DNA from: Minisyncoccota bacterium | Lineage (GTDB): Bacteria > Patescibacteriota > Minisyncoccia > Phycocordibacterales > Phycocordibacteraceae | DNA: 64,000 nucleotides | Assembly: GCA_041658485.1 (NCBI GenBank) | Contig: JBBAAE010000001.1 | Location: 11,889-75,888, forward strand | Reading direction: 5' to 3' | Part shown: positions 39,666 through 49,364 of the stretch, one piece after another | How positions within the stretch are numbered: the stretch's first letter is position 1 | Layout: every line of letters starts with the position of its first letter | The notes under the pieces: model-generated | Told to the model about the DNA's origin: nothing | Databases searched by the model: none | What the model saw: only the letters and a program-made list of their open reading frames with translations | Made by a program: the position numbers and the translations under genes

Positions 39666-39872
39666 TTAATCATCAATTTCACGACCATTCCCATCGCACC
39701 CCGTTAAAACACCATTCTGTCGAGAGAAATGAGGCAAAATAACGGATTTCAGTCCATTTTGAACAATCATGACAATTTTTGAGCACACGGGACAGAAATG
39801 TGTAGGCCGAGTTTCTTTTTGTATTGAATCAAACGACATATGGGTTTCTACAAGGCACACAGCCTTAGTCAT
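39666..39872 (-). CDS. 68-aa putative Zn-binding microprotein
   Basis: FCPVCSK...LPH...GCDGNG; ATG overlaps the upstream TAA (TAATG). Confidence 0.55.
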   Translation of the reverse strand: MTKAVCLVETHMSFDSIQKETRPTHFCPVCSKIVMIVQNGLKSVILPHFSRQNGVLTGCDGNGREIDD

Positions 39873-40027
39873 TACTGAATCCAACCCTTGAGAGGTGCGC
39901 AGGGGTCGCAATACCAAGCCCTATCTATATAAACGTCTGCAGTGTTTGAGCAAAGTTTACACTTCGGGTTTTCTGGAGGCAATCCAGAAATTTCTCTATT
40001 CCCCAGACTTTCCTGCCCTCCCCACAT
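39872..40027 (-). CDS. 51-aa Zn-finger microprotein (MWGGQESLGNREISGLPPENPKCKLCSNTADVYIDRAWYCDPCAPLKGWIQ)
   Basis: Translated by hand; CKLC-x13-CDPC; not in the ORF track. Confidence 0.7.
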   Translation of the reverse strand: MWGGQESLGNREISGLPPENPKCKLCSNTADVYIDRAWYCDPCAPLKGWIQ

Positions 40028-40057
40028 AGTAATTAAGAAAATAGCCTAGAGAAAACT

Positions 40058-42211
40058 CTACTTGCGAGATGCTTTGATAGTCTCAGCGACGTTTTGTGGC
40101 ACCACTTCGTAGTGATCGAATTCCATTGCCATAACGCCACGACCCTCGGTCATTGAGCGAAGTGCTGTGGTGTAACCAAACATTTCTGAAAGTGGCACTT
40201 TTGCATTCACTACCTTTGCCATACCTCGCTCTTCAATTGAATCAATGGCACCGCGCTTTGAAGTAATGTGTCCGGTGATATCACCCATGAATTTTTCAGG
40301 TACTACCACCTCCACTTTCATAACAGGTTCGAGCAATACTGGTCGTGCACGCTCAGCAGCTTCTTTGAATGCCATCGACGCTGCAATTTTGAATGCAATT
40401 TCTGATGAGTCGACATCGTGGGATGAGCCGTCAAAGAGATCAATTGAAATGTCCTCCATTTTGAAGCCGGCAACAATACCGCGTTCCATTGCTTCACGAA
40501 TACCCTTCTCAACCGCAGGAATAAATTCTTGTGGAATAACGCCCCCCTTAATGTTGTTGATGAACTCAAAGTGCGCTTCGCGCTTCACATTGTTCTTTAC
40601 CTTTGCACCAGGATCAATTGGTTCCATTGGTCGAATTTTGATTGCCACATGTCCGTACTGACCTTTACCACCAGTCTGCTTAATATATTTATGATTTGCT
40701 TCTGCTTCTTTCTGAATTGTTTCACGGTATGCAACTTGTGGTTTACCAGTGTTCGCATCCACATTGAACTCGCGCTTCATGCGGTCTACCAAAATTTCCA
40801 AGTGAAGTTCACCCATGCCTGCAATAATTGTTTCCATGGTTTCAGCGTCTGAAGTGACACGGAAACTTGGGTCTTCATCAGAAAGTTTTTTGAGCGCCAT
40901 ACCCATTCTCTCTTGGTCACCTTTTGTTTTTGGTTCAATGCGCATCGACACCACTGGGTCTGGTGCCTTGATGACTTCAAGAATCATTGGGTTTGCTTCA
41001 TCAGCAAGCGTGTTAGAAGTTTTTGCTTCTTTCAATCCTACTGCTGCAGCAATTTCTCCTGTGAAAACTTCTTTCACTTCTTCACGCTTGTCGGCTTGCA
41101 AACGCACAATGCGTCCTAAGCGTTCCTTCACACCAGTTGATGCGTTGTAGACATACGAGCCTGCTTCAATTTTTCCTGAGTACACACGGAAGAATGAAAG
41201 TGCTCCCACGAATGGATCGGTCTGGAGTTTAAATACGAGCGCACAGAATGGTTCGTCATCTGATGCAGTGCGGAAAACTTCTTCACCTGTGTCTGGATTA
41301 ATACCTTTCGTTGGAGGCAAATCGAGTGGCGATGGAAGATATTCAACAACTGCGTCGAGTACGAGCTGCACACCTTTGTTCTTCAATGCAGAACCTGCGT
41401 ACACCGGAACAATTTTGTTATCAATAACTGCCTTGCGGAGTGTTTTCTTTAAATCAGCAAGTGATGGCTCTACTCCTTCCAAATATGCCTGCATAAGCAC
41501 ATCGTCCTCTGTAACAATTTTCTCAATGAGTTCTGCGCGATACTTTTCAACATCTGCTTTCAAATTTTCAGGAATTTCTTTTTCACGACGAACAACCTCA
41601 CCCATGTCGCCATCGAAGTACACCGCTTCGCGAGTCAAAAGCTCAATGACGCCCACATGCTCTCCTTCCTCACCAATAGGAACCTGCATGCGAACGGCAT
41701 CTTTTGTAAGACGGTCAAGAATAGATGCGTACGAGCGTTCAAATGATGCGCCGGTTCGATCGAGTTTATTTATGAAACAAATACGAGGAACTTTTCCTTC
41801 GTCAGCGTAACGCCAGTTTGTTTCTGATTGTGGCTCTACGCCTGCAACGCCGTCAAAAACAACAACTGCGCCGTCAAGAACACGAAGTGATCGTTTCACT
41901 TCAATCGTGAAGTCGATGTGACCAGGAGTGTCGATAACATTAAAACGAATTTTCTTCGAGGTATCTTTTTTATCTGTCTCTTCAGTAGGTGTCCAGAAAC
42001 AAGTGATAGCAGCAGAGGTAATGGTGATACCGCGCTCACGCTCTTGCTCCATCCAGTCGGTCGTCGTCTCACCTTCGTGCACCTCGCCGATTTTGTGTTG
42101 AGAGCCTGTGTAGTACAAAACACGCTCAGAGGTTGTTGTCTTACCTGCATCAATGTGCGCAATGATGCCGAAGTTTCGAACGCGATCCAATGGATAGTCT
42201 CTTTTGCCCAT
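40058..42211 (-). CDS. fusA: Elongation factor G
   Basis: AHIDAGKTT, DTPGH, GMGELHL, GQYGHV. Confidence 0.99.
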   Translation of the reverse strand: MGKRDYPLDRVRNFGIIAHIDAGKTTTSERVLYYTGSQHKIGEVHEGETTTDWMEQERERGITITSAAITCFWTPTEETDKKDTSKKIRFNVIDTPGHIDFTIEVKRSLRVLDGAVVVFDGVAGVEPQSETNWRYADEGKVPRICFINKLDRTGASFERSYASILDRLTKDAVRMQVPIGEEGEHVGVIELLTREAVYFDGDMGEVVRREKEIPENLKADVEKYRAELIEKIVTEDDVLMQAYLEGVEPSLADLKKTLRKAVIDNKIVPVYAGSALKNKGVQLVLDAVVEYLPSPLDLPPTKGINPDTGEEVFRTASDDEPFCALVFKLQTDPFVGALSFFRVYSGKIEAGSYVYNASTGVKERLGRIVRLQADKREEVKEVFTGEIAAAVGLKEAKTSNTLADEANPMILEVIKAPDPVVSMRIEPKTKGDQERMGMALKKLSDEDPSFRVTSDAETMETIIAGMGELHLEILVDRMKREFNVDANTGKPQVAYRETIQKEAEANHKYIKQTGGKGQYGHVAIKIRPMEPIDPGAKVKNNVKREAHFEFINNIKGGVIPQEFIPAVEKGIREAMERGIVAGFKMEDISIDLFDGSSHDVDSSEIAFKIAASMAFKEAAERARPVLLEPVMKVEVVVPEKFMGDITGHITSKRGAIDSIEERGMAKVVNAKVPLSEMFGYTTALRSMTEGRGVMAMEFDHYEVVPQNVAETIKASRK

Positions 42212-42218
42212 AATATTA

Positions 42219-42350
42219 TTAAGAATTCTTATTTTTTAACTGACAAGTCTTTGTTTCCATATCGCAATAAAAACCAGCTGGGCAATCTCCTGCAAGAGGA
42301 CTACAACGTCTCCCTTCTGCTGATTTTTCTACAACTTTCTCTACTGGCAT
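42219..42350 (-). CDS. 43-aa 4-Cys microprotein (MPVEKVVEKSAEGRRCSPLAGDCPAGFYCDMETKTCQLKNKNS)
   Basis: Translated by hand; fills the rpsG-fusA spacer (5 nt after rpsG, 7 nt before fusA). Confidence 0.65.
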   Translation of the reverse strand: MPVEKVVEKSAEGRRCSPLAGDCPAGFYCDMETKTCQLKNKNS

Positions 42351-42355
42351 AGAAA

Positions 42356-42826
42356 CTACCAAGCTAAGTGCGCAAATGCGCGGTTTGATTCCGCCATGCG
42401 GTGCACATCCTCACGCTTCTTCACAGCACTTCCTTCATTTTTTGATGCTGCCATCAACTCATCCGCAAGCTTCAAAGCCATTGGCTTTCCTTTCTTTGCA
42501 CGAGCCGCTGAAACAATCCATCTAAACGCGAGCGAGCGACGGCGCTCAGGTCTGACTTCACGAGGGACTTGGTAGTTTGCACCACCAACGCGTCTCGAGC
42601 GTACTTCAATTGTTGGGCTTACATTAGAAATTGCTGTATCAAAAACAACTATTGGATCAAGCGTTTCATCGCGCTTTTTTATTTCATCGAGAGCATCATA
42701 GACAATTGTCTGTGCAACGCTCTTCTTTCCATCCCACATAACAGTGTTGATGAAGCGTGCCAAAAACTCTGAATCATATTTTGAATCAGGATTGATGATA
42801 TTTTGTTTTTTGAGTCGTCTACGCAT
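42356..42826 (-). CDS. rpsG: 30S ribosomal protein S7
   Basis: [24 protein letters not shown]. Confidence 0.98.
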   Translation of the reverse strand: MRRRLKKQNIINPDSKYDSEFLARFINTVMWDGKKSVAQTIVYDALDEIKKRDETLDPIVVFDTAISNVSPTIEVRSRRVGGANYQVPREVRPERRRSLAFRWIVSAARAKKGKPMALKLADELMAASKNEGSAVKKREDVHRMAESNRAFAHLAW

Positions 42827-42829
42827 ATA

Positions 42830-43243
42830 TTATTTTGCCTTTGGGCGCTTACTTCCGTAACGGCTTCGTCCACGGCGACGCTTTTCAAGACCTGCTGCGT
42901 CAAGGCGTCCACGGACAACCTTATAGCGAAGTGAAAGGTCTTTAGTACGACCACCACGGAGCATAACCACTGAGTGTTCCTGCAAGTTGTGACCTTCACC
43001 AGGAATGTATGCGGTGACTTCCATGCCGTTTGTAAGGCGGACACGAGCAATTTTACGAACAGCTGAGTTTGGCTTTCTTGGAGTTTTGGTTGTTACTTTT
43101 GTACAAACACCGCGTTTAAATGGTGACGGGTAGAAGGTAGGACGATTCTTTAATACATTGAAACCACGAGACAAAGCAACGGTTTTCGTCTTGCGAGATG
43201 TTTTTTTGCGAGGGTTTTTCCTCAGTTGATTTATTGTAGCCAT
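42830..43243 (-). CDS. rpsL: 30S ribosomal protein S12
   Basis: [25 protein letters not shown]. Confidence 0.98.
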   Translation of the reverse strand: MATINQLRKNPRKKTSRKTKTVALSRGFNVLKNRPTFYPSPFKRGVCTKVTTKTPRKPNSAVRKIARVRLTNGMEVTAYIPGEGHNLQEHSVVMLRGGRTKDLSLRYKVVRGRLDAAGLEKRRRGRSRYGSKRPKAK

Positions 43244-43344
43244 TGTTACGAAAAAACTGCGCAAGGGCAGTTCGGATACTATACAAGGCAAGGCTCAAAA
43301 ACGCAACAGTGCTAGCTAAACTCTAGTTCAAAATGACTAAAACT

Positions 43345-43461
43345 TTAGTGCATTTTGCAACGATACCCCCGGTCAGTCCAACGGACCTGGAAGTTTTTAC
43401 CCCTCTCATCACACACGCCACATCTGGGCTTTACATTTCGACGTTCATGGGAAATTCTCAT
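43345..43461 (-). CDS. 38-aa Zn-finger microprotein (MRISHERRNVKPRCGVCDERGKNFQVRWTDRGYRCKMH)
   Basis: Translated by hand; CxxC...CxxH; TTGACA..TACAGT promoter 8 nt before the ATG. Confidence 0.7.
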   Translation of the reverse strand: MRISHERRNVKPRCGVCDERGKNFQVRWTDRGYRCKMH

Positions 43462-43572
43462 TACTAGCAACTGTAACACAAAATAACACTATATGTCAAA
43501 TTTCCTCCTTAAAAAGCTCTTAAATAATGCTTATTTAAGAAGCTATTCAAATAAGGCACCAAAACTTATATA

Positions 43573-43686
43573 TTATATTGCGGGTTTGTGTTTTGAGCAC
43601 CGAAACCCATATTCTCCGTAGTGCCAACCTAAGGTTCCACATCTCTTGTACCCGCACTTTCCTTTTTGTACCCCTTCGCGTGCCAT
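43573..43686 (-). CDS. 37-aa Zn-finger microprotein (MAREGVQKGKCGYKRCGTLGWHYGEYGFRCSKHKPAI)
   Basis: Translated by hand; Cx4C...GFRCSKH; TATTCT 6 nt before the ATG. Confidence 0.7.
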   Translation of the reverse strand: MAREGVQKGKCGYKRCGTLGWHYGEYGFRCSKHKPAI

Positions 43687-43702
43687 AGTCTCAGAATACT
43701 AC

Positions 43703-44332
43703 TTAAGTACCAACGATCAATGAGAAGAGAGTCTGCACAAAGCCTGAAAGGTACGGCCATAAGAGGTATATAGCAACAAGACTGACCATAATGAGCCCAA
43801 AAGGGCCTAGCGCATACATCGAGGTTTCAAGGCGTCCGTAGGCAAGGGCAAGCTTGCTTGGGAGGATAGAACGAAGGACTTTTGAGCCATCGAGAGGGGG
43901 TATTGGGATGAGATTGTAGATTGCCAGCACGAGGTTGGCATATACCACCGTTACACATATACCGAGAAACGCCCCTGAAAGACCTAGAGAACCAGAAAAA
44001 CGCAAAATAAGCCCAAATATAAGGGCGATAAGGATATTAGTGAGCGGGCCTGCGACACCAACCATTGCTTCTCCCCATCGCTGATTCCTTAAATTGTAAG
44101 GGTTATAGGGGACTGGCTTTGCCCAGCCAATTAAAAAAGAAGAGCCTGTTAATGCGAGGATTCCCGGAATAAGAATAGAGCCTACTGGGTCAATGTGTGG
44201 CAGTGGGTTCAGGGTCAATCTCCCTGCATAACGCGCCGTTGGGTCACCGAGCCAGTTTGCCGCAAAGCCGTGCGCAATCTCATGAAGGATTATCGAAAAA
44301 ATAACTATGACGATGCCGATGAGGAATTCCAT
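43703..44332 (-). CDS. Site-2 protease (peptidase M50)
   Basis: HEIAHG, NLIPIPPLDG. Confidence 0.95.
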   Translation of the reverse strand: MEFLIGIVIVIFSIILHEIAHGFAANWLGDPTARYAGRLTLNPLPHIDPVGSILIPGILALTGSSFLIGWAKPVPYNPYNLRNQRWGEAMVGVAGPLTNILIALIFGLILRFSGSLGLSGAFLGICVTVVYANLVLAIYNLIPIPPLDGSKVLRSILPSKLALAYGRLETSMYALGPFGLIMVSLVAIYLLWPYLSGFVQTLFSLIVGT

Positions 44333-44353
44333 ATTTAGCTAGCCAGTAGGGTA

Positions 44354-44405
44354 TAGGGTATAGGGTAACAGCATTAAAATCTAGTGGCTAAACCCTAGTG
44401 GCTAA
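44354..44405. repeat. 7-bp arrays in a divergent spacer
   Basis: tagggta tagggta tagggta ... ctagtgg ctaaacc ctagtgg cta. Confidence 0.65.
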
Positions 44406-44430
44406 TGACTGCCGATGCTACACTCGCACT

Positions 44431-45171
44431 ATGCAACGAGAGAAAGTCTATATATATGGAAAGCATGCGGTCGCTGAGGCGGTTGAGCACGCTACGCATG
44501 TAGTTAAGAAAGTTTTCCTTTCCCCAGTCTTTGATGATGAAAAAATAAAAAATCTCTTAGAAAAGAAAAAAATAACCATCGCCACACTAAAAGGAAGCGA
44601 CATGGTTGGAAATGATGCGGTGCATCAGGGCATTGTCGCTATCATCGACACCGAAGCGCTCTTGGTTCCTTTTGAAACATTCATACAAACACTCAACATT
44701 TCTAAAAAGCCAGCGCTCGTACTTTTAGGAGAATTACAGGATCCACACAATGTAGGCGCAATTATTCGTTCCGCTGCAGCGATGGGACTCTCTGCTGTTC
44801 TTATTCCTGAACATCGAACAGCTCCGATAACAGGAGCAGTCGTAAAAACTTCCGCTGGTATGGCATTCCGTATTCCTCTAGTAACCATTGGCAATGTAAA
44901 CCAAACCATTCGTCTTCTGAAAGAAAAGGGGTTTTGGACATACGGTCTTGCAGGTAAGGGCGCACAATCTTTGATCGATGAATCTTTTAGCGAGCCATCG
45001 CTTTTTATCGTTGGCAACGAAGGAAAAGGTATTCGTGAGAAAACTGAGGAGCTCTGCGATGTGTTGCTCCGTATTCCTGTACATCCACGCACAGAGTCAC
45101 TAAACGCCGCCGCTTCCGCCGCAATCGTATTTTACGAATGGAGTCGAGGCCATCAAGGCGCTCTTAAATAG
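44431..45171 (+). CDS. rlmB: 23S rRNA 2'-O-methyltransferase (RlmB/TrmH family)
   Basis: HQGIV, DPHNVGAIIRSA, GNEGKG, ESLNA. Confidence 0.9.
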   Translation: MQREKVYIYGKHAVAEAVEHATHVVKKVFLSPVFDDEKIKNLLEKKKITIATLKGSDMVGNDAVHQGIVAIIDTEALLVPFETFIQTLNISKKPALVLLGELQDPHNVGAIIRSAAAMGLSAVLIPEHRTAPITGAVVKTSAGMAFRIPLVTIGNVNQTIRLLKEKGFWTYGLAGKGAQSLIDESFSEPSLFIVGNEGKGIREKTEELCDVLLRIPVHPRTESLNAAASAAIVFYEWSRGHQGALK

Positions 45172-45215
45172 AGTTGTAAGGTTCTAGATTTAAAGCTGGA
45201 AGCTACCCTCATCTC

Positions 45216-45932
45216 ATGAGCAGACAAAACAACTTCTGGAATAAAGAATACGGTAAATCAGACCGCACTGGTGGCGCCAACCCTCACCTCGCTCTTTCAG
45301 TTGAACCATCTGAAGACTTAGAAAAATTCGGACGATTTTTGATGCGCGAATACGGAAAGAAGTTCCTCAATGTAACCGCACAAGCGCTCGACATTGGATG
45401 TGGCAACGGGCGCAACCTCATTTACCTTGCAAACGCATTCGGCATGCGCGGTGTCGGATACGACCTTTCAGAAGTAGCAATCACTGTCGCAAAAAAAGCA
45501 GGTGAAGGTTTGCCTATCAAGTTTTTTGTGCAAGATATGGAGAAGCCAATTCCCTTGCCTGACGCATCCGTCACCATTGCGCTCGACATGATGAGCTCGC
45601 ATGTTTTGAAACAAGCAGAGCGAGAACAACTTCGAAGTGAAATACTCCGTGTCTTAAAACCGGGTGGGTGGCTTTTCTTTAAATCGTTCCTTCTTGATGA
45701 CGATTCTCACGCGAAACGCCTACTTCGTGAAAGTCCAGGAGATGAGCCTGGGATGTACATCCATCCAGAAATTCACACTGCCGAGTATGTGTGGACAGAA
45801 GAGGCACTGCGCGAGTTCTTTGAACCCTATTTCACTATCCACAAAATCGAAAAATCTTTTAAACACAAGCATGCTGACGGAAGTGCTTGGAAAAGACGAA
45901 CGATCGTCGCCTATCTTGAGAAGAGCAACTAG
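45216..45932 (+). CDS. Class I SAM-dependent methyltransferase
   Basis: LDIGCGNGRN, RVLKPGG. Confidence 0.9.
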   Translation: MSRQNNFWNKEYGKSDRTGGANPHLALSVEPSEDLEKFGRFLMREYGKKFLNVTAQALDIGCGNGRNLIYLANAFGMRGVGYDLSEVAITVAKKAGEGLPIKFFVQDMEKPIPLPDASVTIALDMMSSHVLKQAEREQLRSEILRVLKPGGWLFFKSFLLDDDSHAKRLLRESPGDEPGMYIHPEIHTAEYVWTEEALREFFEPYFTIHKIEKSFKHKHADGSAWKRRTIVAYLEKSN

Positions 45933-46003
45933 CTAATCAACACTCTATAAATCCTGAGCGTGGGATTTACTTTTCATTTTTGGGATGGTATCCTCTAAAA
46001 ACT

Positions 46004-46246
46004 ATGGCTAAGGCATGCGCTGTAACAGGTAAATCATCTCTCGTCGGAGGGAGATACTCAAATCGCACTCGTGCGACGCAGTACAACCCATGCGGTAAGG
46101 TGCGCCGTAAGGCAAACCTACAAAAGCACAAAATCTTTGTGCCTGAGCTTAATAAGCACATTTCGCTTCTTCTTTCAGCTCGTGCTGTAAAGACCATTGC
46201 AAAGCGTGGTGCTTTTAAGACCCTCAAGAAAGCTAATATTATTTAA
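46004..46246 (+). CDS. rpmB: 50S ribosomal protein L28
   Basis: MAKACAVTGK...RKANLQ...LSARAVKTI. Confidence 0.9.
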   Translation: MAKACAVTGKSSLVGGRYSNRTRATQYNPCGKVRRKANLQKHKIFVPELNKHISLLLSARAVKTIAKRGAFKTLKKANII

Positions 46247-46306
46247 CCGCTCTTTAAGGTAGACGGTACGCCGTTTACATTAGGGAGTTTTTTTATTGTG
46301 AAATAT

Positions 46307-46468
46307 ATGTCAGAAAAAAGATTTCCACCAACTAAGGGCGACAGCGGGCGCTCATTCCACGAAGAGTCGGTAACTCGACAATGCTTAAGCATTGATTGTT
46401 CTAAAGATGTCCCTCTCTATGTGCTCATGTTTACAGGTGGCACATGCCTTGGGTGCAGAACAGCTTAG
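46307..46468 (+). CDS. 53-aa 4-Cys microprotein (MSEKRFPPTKGDSGRSFHEESVTRQCLSIDCSKDVPLYVLMFTGGTCLGCRTA)
   Basis: Translated by hand; Cx4C...CxxC; fills the gap between rpmB and the ComEC-MBL gene. Confidence 0.6.
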   Translation: MSEKRFPPTKGDSGRSFHEESVTRQCLSIDCSKDVPLYVLMFTGGTCLGCRTA

Positions 46469-47301
46469 TTATCTAAAGCGCTTACTCTCAAGCCGTTTGA
46501 TACAAAAGTGATTCTACTGTCCTTGCAGGTATCGAAGATAAAGATGCTGAGACTCTGAAATAGATCTACAACCTGTGGCGCTGGATGTCCGTACTTGTTA
46601 TCGCATCCACGAGAGAAGACTCCGTATGCGGGGTTAACTGCTTTCACAAATTCAGGTGCACTAGAGTTTTTTGAGCCATGGTGCCCTGCTTTGAGGACAG
46701 TGCTTTGAAGGCTCTTACCATCAACCGACACCAAATATTTTTCAATTACCTGCGGTGAATCTCCGTTCAGTAGAAACGACGTGTCTCCATACACAACACG
46801 CATCACTATTGAGCCCGTGTTGGTTTCAATGTTAGACACATCTCTATCTGGAAAAAGAATATCTGCGTATGCCCCACCGCCAAGAATTAATCGCATACCT
46901 CGCCTAGCAATAATCTTTTTCACTCCTGATTTTTGTACTGCAAGCACCACCGCTTTCGTCGCTTTTGTATCATTTGGAATCCCTGGCTCCAAAAATGTTC
47001 CCACCTGATATCGCTCAAACACATCAGGAATACCTCCAAGGTGATCTTGATCTGGATGTGTCTCTACTACTGCATCGATAGCGCGATCAAAAAGAGGCAT
47101 CACACTCCCGAGCTCCCGAAGCACTGACTTGTCTGGCGGTCCCGCATCGATAAGCATTTGTATGCCCGTTGGACCTTCTATGAAAATAGAATCGCCTTGT
47201 CCTATATTTAAAAAAGAAACCTTGAGTCCATGCGGAACAGGAATCGTCCATACAAAAATATTCCCCAAAACAAGAATGCCAACCAGTATAATTCTCGCCA
47301 C
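46465..47301 (-). CDS. ComEC/Rec2 C-terminal MBL domain protein
   Basis: IGQGDS, THPDQDHLGG, KAGHHGS, YGHP. Confidence 0.9.
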   Translation of the reverse strand: MARIILVGILVLGNIFVWTIPVPHGLKVSFLNIGQGDSIFIEGPTGIQMLIDAGPPDKSVLRELGSVMPLFDRAIDAVVETHPDQDHLGGIPDVFERYQVGTFLEPGIPNDTKATKAVVLAVQKSGVKKIIARRGMRLILGGGAYADILFPDRDVSNIETNTGSIVMRVVYGDTSFLLNGDSPQVIEKYLVSVDGKSLQSTVLKAGHHGSKNSSAPEFVKAVNPAYGVFSRGCDNKYGHPAPQVVDLFQSLSIFIFDTCKDSRITFVSNGLRVSALDN

Positions 47302-47385
47302 ACTGACAATGATATAATGCCACCGAGGCTAGTAGCCATTCAGAAGATATTCACCTAAACGCTAACCACTACCCCCCTAGTTCAT

Positions 47386-47961
47386 ATGTACACTGCAAAA
47401 AAATTCACCTTCGGAAACTTGGATGGTATTTCACCCAAGCAACTTGAAGTACACATCAAACTCTACGAAGGGTATGTAAAATTCCTGAACACTCTTGAGG
47501 AAACTGTTGCGGATCTAAAAAAAGACTCTGAAAAAAATGCCTACGCCCTCGCTGAAGTTACGCGTCGCATCGGCTTTGAATGGAATGGTATGCGCATGCA
47601 TGAACACTACTTCGCACAGTGGGAAGGAACACCTTCTCCTATTGAAGGAGCACTTAGAGATGCACTGGCAGCGCAATACGGCAGTTACGAAAAATGGGAG
47701 AACGAATTCAAAGCAGTCGGAATGATGCGTGGCATTGGTTGGGCAATACTTTCATACGATGCCACAACTAAGAATTTTCTTACTCACTTCGTTGCCGACC
47801 ACGAACTAGGACAACTCAACGACACAAAAACAATCCTTGCTCTCGACATGTGGGAACACGCCTATATGGTGGATTACATTCCTGCAGACAAAAAACAATA
47901 TATAGAAGCGTTTTTTAAGAATTTGAATGGTGCTTCGATCCAAGTGCGATTTCCTTCCTGA
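47386..47961 (+). CDS. Fe/Mn superoxide dismutase family protein
   Basis: EVHIKLY, MHEHYF, LDMWEHAY. Confidence 0.88.
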   Translation: MYTAKKFTFGNLDGISPKQLEVHIKLYEGYVKFLNTLEETVADLKKDSEKNAYALAEVTRRIGFEWNGMRMHEHYFAQWEGTPSPIEGALRDALAAQYGSYEKWENEFKAVGMMRGIGWAILSYDATTKNFLTHFVADHELGQLNDTKTILALDMWEHAYMVDYIPADKKQYIEAFFKNLNGASIQVRFPS

Positions 47962-49324
47962 ACCGGAACACCAACAAGCCTACAGTTGCATACAAAAACC
48001 CGAGCACCATTAAAAGTGGCCACATCCACTCTCGTGGAATAGGGAGCGATGCAAACGGCAATGAGCCGAAAAATGTTGCTATAGAAATAATATAGGAAAG
48101 AATTCCATAGCCGAGAATACTTAAGGGGAAAGCGAATATCGGCGAGAGAAGTGCAGTAATCGATGCGAAAAATCCAACAAACATTGCAATCGGAACTGCA
48201 GGAAGAACCAAAACATTAGCGGGCAAAAAAACTAATGACACCGCTCCGATAGAAAATATAAGAAGTGGTAACACGGTCACTTGTGTTGCCAGAGTCGTCG
48301 ACACAATTTCCCGAAACGGGAAATATTTAAAGTCAGGAATGAACTTCAAACGACTCGCGATTGTTTCAGAGAAAAGTATAAGTCCGAGCGTTGCAAGAAT
48401 GGAGAGTTGGAATGAAAGGTCATAGAGAACGATGTACGGATTCCACAAAGCCATCACCGCCGCCGCAATTGCGAGCATGCGGAGTGCTACTTTTGGTCGA
48501 TGCAACACAGTAGCAACCATCATTAAGAGCGCCATGATGAGGGCTCTGATTGTAGTCTCGGAGCCACCGGTCATGATCGCAAAGCCAATAACAAAAAGTG
48601 CAGAGAAGCCGTATGCAACAGTTCGTGGAAATATTTTTAAAAATATAAATAAAATCCATTGAATAACCAGCGCGACATTGTATCCAGAGAGAACAATAAT
48701 ATGTATCACACCGGCACTTCGAAAGAATCCTGTTATTTTTTCACCTAACGATTGTTTTTCACCAAGAAGCAAGCCAGCAAGAAGTGCAGATTGAGGTTCT
48801 GGCACTGCGCGCTCAATTCCTTTAATAAATAAATGTTTAACAGATAGAAGCCCTGCAACAATTACATTTCCCTCCCCAGTTCTGAGTTTCGTAACCTGCG
48901 GGAATGAAATTGTGTAGAAAATACTATGCGCACGAAGATACTTTGGATAATTAAATGTCCGTCCTGAGTCAGTTTCAAATGGTTCAGGCTTTTTAAGTTT
49001 TCCTTTTACACTAACGCGATCCCCATAGACGGCCGTCTCAAACGAATCCGCAAAGAGAAGTACTCTCACTTTTTCTGCAACAGAAACACCATTCAACTTT
49101 TCCACTTTCACAACAAGATGTGTGGTGCGTTCACGCTGGTCGGGGTCTCTCACCACTACACCCTCGACAACGACACTAGTATCAACTGAATCTTCAAAAA
49201 TCGAAGGAAATTTTTCAGGCACAAGGACTGAATACGCCCCTGCACCAATAACAACCGCGATACAAAGTAGCGGTACGAAATTTCGAATTAAAAAGTCCCT
49301 TAAAAATTCTGTATGATATATCAT
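47915..49324 (-). CDS. comEC: ComEC competence membrane domain (OB + channel)
   Basis: HIIVLSGYN, SFQLSILAT. Start uncertain because it lies inside a palindrome. Confidence 0.88.
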   Translation of the reverse strand: MIYHTEFLRDFLIRNFVPLLCIAVVIGAGAYSVLVPEKFPSIFEDSVDTSVVVEGVVVRDPDQRERTTHLVVKVEKLNGVSVAEKVRVLLFADSFETAVYGDRVSVKGKLKKPEPFETDSGRTFNYPKYLRAHSIFYTISFPQVTKLRTGEGNVIVAGLLSVKHLFIKGIERAVPEPQSALLAGLLLGEKQSLGEKITGFFRSAGVIHIIVLSGYNVALVIQWILFIFLKIFPRTVAYGFSALFVIGFAIMTGGSETTIRALIMALLMMVATVLHRPKVALRMLAIAAAVMALWNPYIVLYDLSFQLSILATLGLILFSETIASRLKFIPDFKYFPFREIVSTTLATQVTVLPLLIFSIGAVSLVFLPANVLVLPAVPIAMFVGFFASITALLSPIFAFPLSILGYGILSYIISIATFFGSLPFASLPIPREWMWPLLMVLGFLYATVGLLVFRFRKEIALGSKHHSNS

Positions 49325-49341
49325 ACAGAATTTTTAAGGGA
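49296..49341. repeat. Perfect 46-bp palindrome over the comEC start
   Basis: tcccttaaaaattctgtatgata|tatcatacagaatttttaaggga. Confidence 0.9.
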
Positions 49342-49364
49342 GGAATATAAAGACATACTGGGAA

